Assembly (NCBI GenBank): GCA_030390025.1
Contig: CM059432.1
Coordinates: 98,582,001 to 98,646,000 of the forward strand
Origin: Squalus acanthias
Taxonomy: Eukaryota
Direction: 5' to 3'
Length of the DNA stretch: 64,000 bases
Shown here piece by piece: positions 39,814 through 51,437 of this stretch. A program made the translations under genes and the position numbers. Positions within the stretch are counted from its first letter, which is position 1. The number at the start of each line of letters is the position of its first letter. The notes below the pieces were generated by a model, which was not told the origin of the DNA, did not search any database, and was given only the letters and a program-made list of their open reading frames with translations.

Positions 39814-42165
39814 TTACGCGGTGCTTTCATCGTGCATGCGCACGTAACGTTCTCGCCACTCTCCCGTGTTTTCGTTCTTGGTGAGGCGTTTGCCTCTCTT
39901 ACAATGCACGACCAATAAGTATATCACAATAAACACTTGGCATACAACTAAAATGTGGGAGGCTATTCTAATCCAGGAAGGCACTTCAATGTTGGTGAAC
40001 AGATCCCACCACGGTGGAATTACTATGTCCAGAATTTCTGTCCCTATCTCGACAGTCTTTTGTTCTAGGGTGTAAAAATGTTTTTGCGATACTGCGACGG
40101 CTTTCAAAAGCTTGGTGAGGTGTTCAGGGAGAGGGGGAATGAGGTATCCGAAATGCGCGACGAATCGCTGCAGGTCGGTGAAGTTCTCTTTTACTGTAAG
40201 ATGAACAGTGGATGATTCAGGGATCGGGACATATCGCTGTTGTGCTACTTGAACTTCCGCCCTGGGTTTAAAACAGAAACTGCTGTCACTCACCGGACAC
40301 CGGCTACGGTTTCCATGTTGGTAGTGTCGAGCTGCAGTGGTAACACAATATGTTCCACCCACGATGTATGCTACCTGCGGAGGCACATGATCTTGTGCCA
40401 TTGCCTCCATGGTGCAATTCATGGGCTTGGCGCCAGCCGTTCTGAACCCGCACTGTGGTGTTAAAAAGGCATTCAAGTGCTGGGGACACAGTATTATGTG
40501 TGCTCCCCGGCCACGACAACCAGAGAGATCTGTACCTGTCATCGTTTGCTCCCAGCGGATGACGTAAGGTGGAACCGCTGCATAGCGAATGTGGGCTCCC
40601 CCCTGAATGACACCAATGTTCTCTACCCGATACACCGGGGCGGGCTTTGCTGTGTCACCCAAAACCGGCATACGTAAAACTATACCCATGATGGTATGGT
40701 TTGATCGTCCGCAGTCCACGGGGACTGGGTATGCTTCTGAAGCTAGCCTGAGCTGGCACGGGCTTAATGCGTTCTGAAAAGGGTGTAGCGCCTGCAGGTG
40801 TTTGTTACTTATCCAGGACGGGACCAAACCTTGTTTTAAATCCTCCAAATTACTGCGGCCCTCGCCCAGTAACCACGCCCCGTAAAGCACGCACACCTTG
40901 TTCTGCGCAGCCTGATCGGACGCATTCCGATCTTCCCTGATCAGGGCATTTACCGTCCGCGCGTGTTTCTCCAGCTCAGCTATGATTTCTTTTAAATGGA
41001 GAGTCATGGCCTGGTCCTCGTGTAACCCAGACCCAACCACCTTATTTTCATCTGTGAGAATATTCTTTAATTGTGTTTTTAAGCCATTAATCTGGGTCTG
41101 CAGCTCCACGCTGTCTAGAGCGTTGACCACAGATGTACCTGCATTGAAAGCAGTGAACATGTAATTCACAACACCCCTTCTTTGTCTCCCCACCTGACCC
41201 AAAACTTCATGTGGTGCGGTGTACAAACTTGTTTTATCAATTTCCGCGAAATCGAACTCATAAAATTGCCTAAACATCTTGGTCAACAGGACCTGATATA
41301 ACTGTTCCGTCTCTTTGGGGCACCACTCCGGCAACCGCACCTCGGTGAGATTTAAAATCACCGAGGCCACCGCGTAATGTACCCCCTGAAATAGTATCTG
41401 GTCTGTAGGGACCAATACCAAACCATTCCCGGGTCCCTTACTGGTTTTTGGGCACCCTTCTTCCTTAGCTAGAACCACCGGAATTGTGGGCGGGGCCTTG
41501 CGTGGGCGCGTAATGAGTTCAGTGGCATTTACCGGGATCGGAGAGTATGGGGCCCCGCACCCCCTGGTGCTTACATCTCACCTCATCCCCTGCCCGTTAT
41601 CCTGCCATTGATTGATGAAAAATATGGAGATGCCTTTGGGGCAAACGTGCTTTTACCCCGACATACATACATAAATTCCCTCATCCGGTTCCCACCATTT
41701 GTCCCAACAGACTCTCACTTGTCCGTTTGTCCCCGTAATTGTCCGATGGGTATTATTACCCAGTCGCTCCCACTCGACTGAAGAGTTCCTCATGTTTTTG
41801 CTCAGCTTTCGCAGCCACCACCATCGGCTCAATGGGACATTCCCATTACAAGTCAAACAAATCCGTTTGCCGACGGTGACGCCGACTCTGGGTGCGATGA
41901 TCCTCACTTTGGGGCACATTAAAGAAGTCTCTTTGTAGGCAAAACCCGACGTACTGCAATACTCAGTGGAATTCGTTCCCAGCCATCCTGGCCACCTTCC
42001 CTTGTAGAAATAGGTGGTGGTCTCCTCAGCCTCTCGCCTTCCGGTCCCATCCACCGCGATGGGGGCCGTGTCCCCGGAGCATCCAAACACCACGACATCC
42101 TTGGTGCGGCCTCGATAGGCCAATCCACATCCGATTGCCGCGAGCACTACTAGAATTCGTTCCAT
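39814..42165 (-). pseudogene. env: ERV-A envelope gene with two in-frame nonsense codons
   Basis: Collinear with and same length (2352 bp) as ERV-B env; TCA>TAA at 41653-41655 and TGG>TGA at 41578-41580. Confidence 0.9.
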
Positions 42166-42456
42166 CCTTCCTTGGTTCCTGTGATCAGATAGAATGAGGT
42201 AGCCAGCCTCCCAAGAGTCTCTGGCTTTTGTGAAGGGTGAGCGGGTCCCCTGACCTCGCCTCACGTAAGAAGACATGTGCGCTGGATAGACTTTAACTAT
42301 TCCTATTTCTAAAAATCCCATAATTTTACCATTTTCTGTTAAAAAAATTAAACTACAAACTTAACCTGATTTAAAACTATAAACTTACACTTATAAACTT
42401 ATAAACTCATCCTAAACTTAAACTGTACAGCGCCGCCCGTTCCCAGGGCGGCCTAC

Positions 42457-43500
42457 TCAAATTCTGTGAAGGCGGACACAAGCTTTTCCCAACGGTGGGA
42501 GGGCACTGACCCCTTCCTTTGATCTGCTGCAGCCTGTCGCTGCTGCGCTGGGACTGGGATCTCCCTGGGCTGCCTTGACCTTGAACTTGCGCCTGGGGGC
42601 GTACGGGGGACTTACCCACATCTTTCTGGGCTGGGGTGTCCGACCTGACCTACGGAGAACTACCGGGGGCAGGAACTCCAGGACTGACGGACTGGGTTTC
42701 GAGACTTCCTCCGTGGCGACCCGTGGTCCCACCACAGTCGTTGGCTCCGCCTCCCCTGACTCCGCCTCCCTGAACTCGGGATCTGCAGCTTGTGGCACCG
42801 CCCTACTTGGCCCAGTAGGCGGCCCTTCACTCGCAGTCACTACCTCCCTCGAGGGCAAGACGTTCAAGGCGGGCGACTCGGGCTCTGAGGCTTCCATCGC
42901 CACGCCCTGTGGTCCCACCACAGCGGCTGGCTCCGCCTCCCCTAGCTCCGCCCCCCTGCGTTCGGGACCTGCAGCTTCGGCCTCCACCCTGTGTGGATCT
43001 CTATCTGCAGCCCCTGTCTCCCCTATACCTGAATCGGGGGCGACCCTTTCGTCCTCCGATTCCAGCTCCTCTTCGCTTGTGTCACTATCTTGGTCGAGCT
43101 CCTCGAACTCTTCCTCATCTGACTCCCAAACCAAATAAAGGATCCTACATTTTGCTAGGATGTCCTCTCCCCTGATGCATGCTGCTTTGCCTGCCTGTGT
43201 GCCCTGTGGCCCTACCCGGGCCTGCGAGTCCCCACTCGCAGGTTTGGCCCCTGTGGTTGGCCCTTGTGCACCTGGCTTATACAGTTTACACTGATTAAAA
43301 TCCTCATTCTCCCTGCTTCTGGCTACCCTGTAGGCTGCTTTTATCTCTCTAAGCTGCCCTTCTAGCCCATCCATTTTCCCCATTAAACGGGCGTTCTCTT
43401 CCTGCAAGGCCTGCTCTTTTAACCTGGCCTCCTTACAGGAGACCCCCTCCTGTGCGTGTCTTTTAAAAGGACACAGGTAGGCAGGCTGTGCGGGCTCTAG
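42457..43500 (-). CDS. ERV-A readthrough ORF: Pol N-terminal stub + Gag-like coiled coil + integrase C-terminal tail
   Basis: Open and in frame after the gag TGA-CTAG: LEPAQPAYLCP, then EARLKEQ..AAYRVA, then NQCKLYKPGAQG.. homologous to the ERV-B Pol C-terminus. Confidence 0.75.
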   Translation of the reverse strand, partial: LEPAQPAYLCPFKRHAQEGVSCKEARLKEQALQEENARLMGKMDGLEGQLREIKAAYRVARSRENEDFNQCKLYKPGAQGPTTGAKPASGDSQARVGPQGTQAGKAACIRGEDILAKCRILYLVWESDEEEFEELDQDSDTSEEELESEDERVAPDSGIGETGAADRDPHRVEAEAAGPERRGAELGEAEPAAVVGPQGVAMEASEPESPALNVLPSREVVTASEGPPTGPSRAVPQAADPEFREAESGEAEPTTVVGPRVATEEVSKPSPSVLEFLPPVVLRRSGRTPQPRKMWVSPPYAPRRKFKVKAAQGDPSPSAAATGCSRSKEGVSALPPLGKACVRLHRI

Positions 43501-45306
43501 TCATTGGGTACTGGTGAACGGGGCTGCGGCATCTGCGGGGCCGGTAGCGACTGCCACACTTCCCTGCGAAATCATGAGGGTGCGCATGGCTCCCAACATT
43601 GATTCGATCGCATCGGGATGGATAGGTGCACCAGCTCCCCTATCAGAGGCAGGCGCCTGGGCTCGGACTGCGGGATTTTTATCCCTGGACTCCTTCCAAG
43701 GATTCCTGCAGTTCTTGCGCCATTGCCCTGTCTTTCCACATCCGAAACAAGCATTACTGGCCTGTGGGACGCGATTTCCCTCCTGATGCCACTCCTTTTG
43801 AGCCGGGGCTGTGGGCCGCGCCTCATGCAACTTTCCCTTAAGGGGACGTGCTCCCGCACTCCTGGTATTACGGTACCCTACCGTGAGTCGATTTAGGACC
43901 GACTCCTCTGTTGTGGCGGGGTTAGTGGGATCAAACCACGCTTTGGCCTGCTCCCTGACGGCTGGCAAACTGTTGGCTACCACACACCTGAGCCAATGAG
44001 TTAAACCGACACCGTCTATGCGGTGACGCGCTGGCGCGCCTGGGCAGCTACGTCGATATACTAGCCACAGCCTGTCGGCGAAAACCTTCGGGGGTTCTCC
44101 CTCCATCTGCACTGTTTGTCCCAATCTAACGAACGGACCTTCATCGTCCGCTCCCAACACTTCCAGGACCTCGTCCCTCAATTCCCCATAGGTATTATTT
44201 CCCCTCTTGCTCTCGTCTGAGAGACACTGAAGGATCGAGCTGTCTAATGAGAACAACAGCATTTTTGCTTTTTCCCCATCGTCGCAGCCGTTAATGGCTG
44301 CGGTTTGCTCTACATCCCTGAAATGTACGGAAGGGTCGTCTGACTCGGACAGCTTCCGTACGTGACTGATCATAACCCTCAGCTGGTGTGAGCTGTGAGG
44401 CAACACAAGCTGGTTGAGGAGATCCCCCTCTGCCCCATCTGCTCCGTTCGGGCCCCTCTTGATACCCGTGACTGGACACAACGGTCCCGGCTTCACTTCT
44501 ACCTCAGGGGGCTCTTCCTCTACTTCTACCACTTCCTTCCTCACCCAGGTTGCCGAATAGCTGGGTGGCGCGGAGGGCACAGTGGCAAATACCTCCTCTG
44601 TTTTGTTCGGTGGGGATTTCTGAAATTCCCCACCCACCAGCGGCTGGTGTGCTGCCGGGCTGATAAGGCACACCATGCCGTGCGCTTTATTCAGGGCCTC
44701 TTTAAGGTTCCCTATCTCTCTTTGGCAGACGCTGTGATCGGCCCCCTGATGTTTATCCTCGAGGGCCATCTTATATGCCGCCCTAACCCCCGTTAAGCTC
44801 TCTTCCTGGGCTTTTATTTGGGCAGCTAGGCGGGCACATCGTTCCTTTATTCTGCCCTCATTTAACTTTGCCTCAGTGACCTGGCACTCGAGGTAATCTA
44901 TTTTTGCCTCATGGTGGTTGGCGACTAACTGGCGTTCTTGATGCAACGCATTTAAAGACGCGATGAGCTGCTGCCCCCCCGCGACCTTCTCGTCCATTTC
45001 CACCTCTAAACCCTTGATCTGCGCTGCCTGCGCTAAGATGACCTGGTCCAAAAGCTGGACTTGTCTTTTATAGCACATCAGCCAGACCGCTTTCTCTACT
45101 GTTTTTTTATGTTCCTTGCTACCTGTCCACCTCACGGCTGCCTCTAGTGGACGCTTATCCACCAGCAGGTCACTTATCCATTTCTTAGTCAAATTCACTT
45201 TTCCAAACACATAATCTGCTATTCTCTCTTCCATAACATTTCACCCATTCATACCAGGGTCTAACACATTATATTCTCGCTGCCAGTGTCCCTTCGTGGT
45301 CGCCAT
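43501..45306 (-). pseudogene. gag: ERV-A Gag; stop at codon 22, open for 577 aa from 45234
   Basis: Homologous to ERV-B Gag; TGA at 45241-45243 where ERV-B has CGA; zinc knuckle His replaced by Gln (CFGCGKTGQWRKNC); PSAPPSY present. Confidence 0.88.
45288..45305 (-). other. Primer binding site, tRNA-Arg type (ERV-A)
   Basis: TGGCGACCACGAAGGGAC, 5 nt after the 5' LTR; complementary to a vertebrate tRNA-Arg 3' end GTCCCTTCGTGGTCG-CCA (tRNA sequence recalled, not looked up). Confidence 0.85.
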
Positions 45307-45310
45307 TAGC

Positions 45311-46960
45311 TGTAAGGGGTGACCTGCGGCTCTGTGCTTAGCCTGGGTGCTAGTGCGGGGTTAGGCCTTGTTGCCTGTTCTGGTCTCCAGCCAGCCTGAT
45401 AACACTAGACACCTGTGAGTGGTTCGACCCACTCGCCCTTACGGTTCTGACACTGGACTTAGGTGCGAGAGCAATAATGCAGAGAAAGACTCAGGTAGAC
45501 CCGGTTGAATAGTGCGAAATGGAAAATCTTTATTGCATATTATTCAAGATTACGAGATACATGTCATAAGCACAGATTAACGACAGTACAATTTTACACA
45601 CAGTTATGAAACTAATTTTAGGGAAACGAGGAGCGCACGACACATCGTAGAAGGGGACACACATTATAATTATCCTTAAAACTTAAACCCTCCCCTATCA
45701 ATACCTGTCCTAATCTAGATTTGTAGGATCGAGACTCATGCTCACCACTCGTGATAACTCGGAGAATTCCAAAACTCTGCTCGGATGTTTTACCGCAGCA
45801 CCTGACTATCCACGTGTTGATCAGGGGTCTCTGTACCCCACTTGTTTACTCGTTTCTGCTCCGGCTAGCAGGCTGGACCGTCTGCTGTCATGAAGATCTG
45901 TGTTGCCCTTGGAGTTCGGACACCACTCGAAAAAGAGTCTTCCTGTGCCCTACAGCAGTTGTCTGTAGAACTCAAAGAAGGGTCTTCCTAGGCCAGTTGT
46001 GGAGTAGCCGATAAAATTCAAAGAAGTGTTTATTCGACTTACAGGCGCGGTCGGGGCTTACTGACCGTGGCGATGCGTATTGTCGTCTTCTTCTCTTCTC
46101 ATCTCATCTCATCTCATCTCATCTCCTCTCGGGCCTTCAGTTCCAACACCGTTTACCGACTTCTCGGGATGGTGCGCCCGCTTCCAGGCCTCACAGCCCG
46201 GTTCTCCACAGATCTTCGCGGCAAGCCACGAGGTTGTTCCTAGCGGATCAGAGTCCAGAGCCGTCAGGCAAGAGAATAAAAGTTCAGCAGCCTTCCAGCG
46301 AGTCAAAGCAGCAAGAGCAGCAAGCCAAAGATGGACGGTTGTACCTTACAGTTATAGTGCTGTAATTCCTCTTTTCCCGCCCAATCTTAATGTCTATCTT
46401 TTGTCAGGTTTTTGGCGCTCAAACTTCTTGTATGGGGTGATCTCAGTCTTTAATGGGTTTCGGTGATACTTGTAACTGTCTGAGTACCCGTTAATATTTC
46501 TCCCATTGTGGAACCGGCTAGTAGTCTCCCTGGAGGGGTTTTGGGGCTTCCAAATGCTTGCTGTAAGTACCCGCAAACGGCTCTCTCATCGTAGAGTCGT
46601 GGGGATTTTGCATATTAATGTCTTTGGATGGGTCCTTGATCGCTCAGTACAATAGCCCTTGTTTGCACCCGGGAGACCGATTCCAGTATTTATGTTTAAA
46701 ATGCAAACCCATCATGTCTTGTCAATTATCTCAAATGTGCTGAGTCCTGTATGATCTTGCACAAATGTTTATTGGAACGCCATCTTGTCTGCCCACTGAA
46801 AGTCTAGAACTTTCTGCCACGAGGCGTGGTGGCCATTTTACAGGCTGTTTGTGTCCGTTTTGAAACCTGACAGCATTCTGCTGAAATAAAGCTGTTTGTA
46901 CGAAACTTTATGTCTCCTTCTTATTTTTTTTTAAATCGCGTTAATTTTGCGAATTCTACA
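45311..46960 (-). repeat. ERV-A 5' LTR (1650 bp)
   Basis: TGTA..TACA ends; AATAAA on - at 45529-45534; (TCTCA)n tract. Confidence 0.95.
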
Positions 46961-47825
46961 GCATCCTATTGGATACTGTAACTTTAAAGACAGCAATGGG
47001 CTTGGTGTGGTAATATTTCTTCCATTATTGCAAATTCACTTAAATGTTTGGTTGCAGAGAGATCCTACACTCCTTTAAGCGTTGCTTGGCAAGCAGCTGA
47101 AATGATTTCCCATTTTAAGTTTGGGAATGTGCAGCTAAAGCTATATTTCAGGCCCATCTGTAAGCCCTTTCATCATGATGTGGATCTTTTAAATACTGGT
47201 TTCAGTAGCCCTTAATGTATCCAGTAGTTACTGCTTAAACTAACAATGGAAACAGGGTGGCTTTCCAGTTGTCCTACTTGCTAATTATTGTTTTAATTGT
47301 GCCTTACCTAATTTGACAGCAACCATTAGCGCCTGTGATTAACTTTCAGTGCAAAGTCAAGCAAGCAATAAATGTGCCCAAGGTTGATTTCCCGCCCAAA
47401 TTTCAATTTTCCTGCAGGCAGTAATTCTGTCTATATTCTAAAATGCAATGGAAAATCTAACAATGCGTATTGAATAACAGATCACTTTTATTAAACAGAT
47501 TTAATTCTGGCTCATATAATTTGCACTTACTGCTTTATACACTCAGATAGTCCATTGGTTACATGATCACACAAATGCTAACAGCAATATATGTTTTAAC
47601 TGTGTAGAACTATCTATCGCCCTGAACTGACTGCTGCCAATATCAGTCAATGATGCTTAAAGTCATCATTCCCTTGTCTGCTATTTTAGCAGAGGAATTA
47701 ACTCATTGAACATAAATGGGTTATTGTTGCATTGGAAGAGCGAACAGTAGAATGCCATGTGAATTAATTAATGTTTTTCTGCTAATACTGCAAACAGTAA
47801 TTTCTAGGCTTACATTAATGTCATA

Positions 47826-48471
47826 GGCAGGAGTTTTTGCTATGTTGGGCTGGTTTTTTTTCAGCGCAATTTGTCCAAAATCAGCCAATTAAGCACAAAA
47901 GATCAAGGAATTTCAAGCGCAAATTATGTCCAGTACAAATCGAGTTTCAGCGATTTTTTTGCACTAGTTTAAAATACATCACGCTAGAAGCCAGCTCCAC
48001 CCACAAAACCAGCCATGACCTCAGATTGAATTATCACTTTTGCAAGTTTCCGCTAATTGCGCCCGTTGGTGACAAAGTTGTGCAGGCAGCACGCAAAATT
48101 CATGCTGCCTGCTTATTTACATGATTGGAGCGCTGATGTCAGTGCTAAACGCGCTGCTGGTTGGCTTAGCGCTCAACAGGGGGGCCAATATCGGGTGTAG
48201 TCTACTGGCCAATAAAATTTGTCCGAGACTCTCTGCACTACTTAAAGGGGAGTTGCTTTGTTACAGAAGCACCTCATTGTCAGTCTGGATGAAGTCACGG
48301 CCCAACAGGGAAGCGAGAGGGCAAGGAGATTTTCTGATGCGGCACTGGAGGCCTTGGTCCTGGGGGTTCACAGACGACGTGAGGTCTTCTACCCGCAGGG
48401 GGACAGGTGGCCTTCCAGGTACCACGCCAGAAGGCTGTGGGAGGAAATAGCACAAGCTGTCAGTGCCATGA
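47826..48471 (+). mobile_element. Harbinger left part with Myb/SANT exon-1 remnant
   Basis: RARRFSDAALEALVLGVHRRREVFYP..RLWEEIAQAVSA in ORF 48258-48482, cut by a SINE-like insertion. Confidence 0.7.
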
Positions 48472-48805
48472 GTTTTTTTTAATTCATTCATGAGATGTGG
48501 GCGTCACTGGCAAGGCCAGCATTTATTGCCCATCCCTAATTGCCCTTGAGAATGTGATGGTGAGCCACCGTTTCAGAGGGCAGTTAAGAGTCAACCACAC
48601 TGCTGCGGATCTGGAGTCACATTTAGGCTAGACTGGGTAAGGACGGCAGATTTCCTTCCCTGAAGGACATTAGTGAACCATATGGGTTTTTACGACAATC
48701 CAGTAGTTTCATGGTAACCATTACTGATACTAGCTTTTTATTCCACAATTATTTAATTAATCGAATTTTTAAATTCCCCAGCTGCTCTGGTGGAATTTGA
48801 ACTCA
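48472..48805 (-). mobile_element. SINE-like bipartite derivative of the tRNA-headed LINE
   Basis: B box and 5' UTR fused to the 3' tail with an A-tail; head interrupted by the Harbinger starting at about 48808. Confidence 0.85.
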
Positions 48806-49166
48806 GAGGGGGAAAAATTAGGTCGCGCCCCATTTGGGGCGCAAATATCGTCTGGACGCAAATATTAGCGCCTGGCGCTAATTATCGGCACTGACTGGAA
48901 ACTTCACTTTTACCGCCCCGGGAGGTGAGTGGAGCGCTAAATCAGGCGCTGCACACCTGTCTTAAGGCGCAAAGGCCGAGCAGTGAGGCGCTAACTCAGC
49001 GCGCGAGCGCAGCGCAGCTGCTGCCAGTTAGCGAGGGAACACAGACACACTGGCGCCGGCCACTTCTTAAAGCGGGGGGGGCCAACTTGCTCCCCAGCCA
49101 CACCCTGCTCATTGCAGCCTTGAATCTCGGCCTGGAGAGACCTGTGAATCCATTTTGCTGCCAAGG

Positions 49167-51047
49167 ATGGAGAGGGTGAGAGAACGCGCTCATCGCTTCA
49201 CCGAGCGGGCCTTGGATGCTCTGGTTGGTGCGGTGGAGCGCAGAAGATGTATGCTCTTCCCTGAGAGTGGCAGGAGGCCTTTGCCACGCGAGTTCAGAAG
49301 AGTGTGGAGGGAGGTGGCTCAGAGCGTCTCCTCCAGGAGCATGGTGCCCAGGACCCATACTCAATGCCGCAAAAAGTTCAACGACCTCACTCGGGTCGTC
49401 AGGGTGAGTGGCTTTTTCTCAATACCTCTCCATCCCTCCATCTCAACCTCACTCTATGGCCAGAGGGTCTTAAAACCCCAATGCACAACACTCATCCAAC
49501 ACCTATGGCCCTTTCATGAAACACACACACACATTCCACACTTTGCATACAGTAAGGGCTATTCACCTATGGGAGGCACATCAGGCAAGACCATGGCTGC
49601 ATACAGTAAGGGCTATTCACCTATGGGAGGCACATCAGGCAAGACCATGGCTGCATACAGTAAGGGCTATTCACCTATGGGAGGCACATCAGGCAAGACC
49701 ATGGCTGTATATTTACTCAGATGCTGTCCTTTTTCTTACAGGCCAAGCTGGCGCATAATCGGAGGCAGCAGCAACGGACAGGTGGAGGGCGGCCTCAGCT
49801 GCAACCCCTCAGCGATCTTGAGGAGCGCGTCCAGAGGATTCTGGCAAGCCGGGTGATCGGTCCCGTCGCCACTGGAGACGCCGACCCCGTTCTGGACAGC
49901 AATGGTAAGGTCATCACCTTTTTGTCCTCTGTCCTTCCACTTGTCCCTCACAACACCAGCCTTTGACACTTTCAATCCAACTTGCTAACTCGCTGCACTT
50001 ATTCCTCCCTTACTGCCACCCTGTCCTCACGCTAAAGCCACTCTTGTACCTCCCTGCTTTCAGATGGTGATTCACCAGCTGAGGAGACGGGCCCTGAAGC
50101 TGCCACTGGGAGTGATGCTGCAGCCGAGGAGGAAGAGGAAGCCGGAGCATCAGTGCCACCCTCTCCCGAGGAAGCCCATGCCCACACTGGGAACACGCCT
50201 TCCCTGGAGGGGAGCAGGGGGGAAGGGTCTGATGAGGGTGAAGCTCCAGGACCCAGCGGGCTGCATCAACGCCATGGGGGGGGGGGGTAGGGAAGAACGG
50301 GGGCCTTCTCCCCAGAGGGAGAGTATGCCAGACACTCCTACCGCAATGGACGCAGAGGAGGAGCGGCTGATCGCAGAAATGAACACCCAGGCGGTGGGCA
50401 TGCACACTGAGCTCATGGGTGCAGTGGGAAGGGTGCCCAAATGCATTGAGTCACTGGCAAGGAGTGTGGAGCACTTCGCTGTAGCACAGGCGGATGCCAC
50501 ACTAACGCTTAGTGCTGCAATTCAGTCACTGGCTGCCGTGATCCCATCTCTGACTGCTCTCATACAGACTCAGATTGAGGCCACGCGAGCACAGACTGCT
50601 GCCAACCTCGATGGTTCGTGCACATGTCCCCGGGGCTGTCACCGCGCCGCAGCAGGCCAGCAATCTGTTCTCCAGCAGATTGCTCCGGATGCTGAAGTGC
50701 TGCCCCGTGGGAGTGCCAGTGTGTCGGGCGAGCAGGGAGTTGCTGTCCTCTCTCACGATGACAGCATTCCCGCTGCCAACACTGTCACTTCTCCACTGCA
50801 CTTGCCACCGCCTGTAGGACAGACTGCTGTCGCCCATGCAGAGTTGGTGCAGTCTGCAGCCGGGCCCTCCAGGCCCAGAACTGGTCGAGGCCGTCCTTCA
50901 GGGGCATCTGCAGTGTCAGGGTCTGACGAGCAGCAGCCTTCCACCAGCCTTGCTGCAGCCACTGAGGTCCCATTACGGAGGAGCAGTAGGGTTAGAAGGG
51001 GGGAAGTGCGCAAGGGAAGGAGATCACCCTCGAAGGGCAAAAAGTAG
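49167..51047 (+). CDS. Harbinger Myb/SANT-like protein; exons 49167-49403, 49742-49904, 50064-51047; apparent frameshift in or near the G-run at about 50280
   Basis: MERVRERAHRFTERALDALV..WREVAQSV..RTHTQCRKKFNDL; canonical GT-AG junctions. Confidence 0.75.
49544..49705. repeat. 3 x 54-bp perfect tandem repeat in Myb intron 1
   Basis: tgcatacagtaagggctattcacctatgggaggcacatcaggcaagaccatggc repeated three times. Confidence 0.95.
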
Positions 51048-51341
51048 GAGGTGTGACAAAATGCTGTTCATTTTTTTATTAAAGGTCGAGGTTCCTGGTC
51101 CAACTTTTGTTTAGTGTTTTGGACATTATCTCCAGGTTGTGAGAACCAGTTATGTTATTGACTGTTTCTTTGTGTTTATTTCTATGAGTTTGTCATGAGG
51201 AAGTGACACACACAGAGTTTGTAAAATAAATAAGTTTCTGTATTGAAAATATACATGGTTGGTGGTTGGAATTATTGGTGCCTTGGCCGGCTTAGGGGTT
51301 GCGTGCTGGGTTCATTAATGTTGTTAGCAATGGCAGGGGCC

Positions 51342-51437
51342 CTAGAAGCGTCTTGCTATTAGCCGTTGACGGACGGCCCTTGCAGTTTGACCATTGTGGG
51401 CCGCCCTCCCGCCTTGGTGCTGCTGATGATCATCCTC
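51342..51437 (-). pseudogene. 3' end of the Harbinger transposase split by ERV-B
   Basis: EDDHQQHQGGRAAHNGQTARAVRQRLIARRF*, continuous with the Glu/Asp tract at 63973-64000. Confidence 0.7.

Larger units (their letters stand above)
37057..46960 (-). mobile_element. ERV-A: non-autonomous (pol-less) lokiretrovirus-like provirus
   Basis: Paired LTRs, GCAT TSD (37053-37056, 46961-46964), PBS, gag, env, PPT; no PR/RT/RH/IN core. Confidence 0.93.

Noticed and set aside
49544..49705. CRISPR-like array or coding repeat (AYSKGYSPMGGTSGKTMA x3)
   Set aside because: Head-to-tail repeats without spacers, inside a GT-AG intron of a eukaryotic transposon
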